Part shown: positions 63,601 through 64,000 of the stretch, in pieces | How positions within the stretch are numbered: position 1 is the stretch's first letter | How the letters are laid out: every line of letters starts with the position of its first letter | Source of the DNA: Ginglymostoma cirratum | Taxonomy: Eukaryota | Reading direction: 5' to 3' | Length of the DNA: 64,000 bases | Assembly (NCBI GenBank): GCA_024137785.1 | Contig: JAHRHZ010000063.1 | Location: forward strand, 23,060,503-23,124,502 | Position numbers and translations under genes: made by a program | Notes under the pieces: model-generated | Databases searched by the model: none | What the model was told of the DNA's origin: nothing | Seen by the model: the letters and a program-made list of their open reading frames with translations, nothing else

Positions 63601-64000
63601 AAATAAAAAGGCATTGGAAAGGTAACTAGGTATTCAAACTGCAGCAGTAGTACAGAGAGAACAAGTTTACTTGGAAAATCTGACCACTGAAGGTTCAGAT
63701 TATTTTATCTCAAAAGTAAGAGTGTTATATTGCTGACTGATAAACAAAGTGGTCTCTCTCTGAAACATAAACCAAAATCTATAGCATTGCTTGCTTAACA
63801 ATAAAACAGAAGTTTATTAACAAAAGAAATAAGGTAAAATAGAATAACCCAAACTGTCTACTTACAAAACAAATTCAGATATTTTTAAACATACGGTAAA
63901 AAGTAAATCCCATGAATTCCAAAATACTCCTTTATAAATTGAAAGGAAAAAAAAACAAATGACTTTTGTATAGTAGCCAAAAGAAACCATGATACGGGAC

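Overview
Vertebrate nuclear DNA, most likely a shark (inferred from the repeat families; species cannot be fixed from sequence alone). The window holds the 3' part of a HIPK3 (homeodomain-interacting protein kinase 3) gene on the + strand. I traced 14 GT-AG coding exons by hand between 5052 and 56011; they give 2521 nt with consistent phase, running from the kinase APE motif to the C-terminal ...SPTKLSQYPYI*. A repeat-free ~3.3 kb 3'UTR follows. Exon numbers are provisional, following the recalled human layout with exons 1-2 upstream of the window. Introns are full of decayed elements: CR1, Rex1/Babar and Tx1-type LINEs, three SINE types, a solo LTR, a Tigger/pogo remnant, a hAT MITE and many Penelope-like (PLE) derivatives; a Gypsy gag remnant lies downstream of the gene. 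The most notable observations are: (1) TSD-flanked PLE-derived fold-back mini-elements, some carrying minimal hammerhead-ribozyme cores, with a decayed RT+GIY-YIG parent in the same window; (2) an apparently lost last-exon acceptor (ccac instead of ccag) with an in-frame CAG 6 nt downstream; (3) a stack of short tRNA-derived retroposons at one repeated target motif; (4) a SINE-LINE shared tail; (5) a compact overlapping miRNA-site cluster in the distal 3'UTR. I see no convincing evidence of a wholly new protein-coding system. Family names and homologies are from recall, not from a database search.
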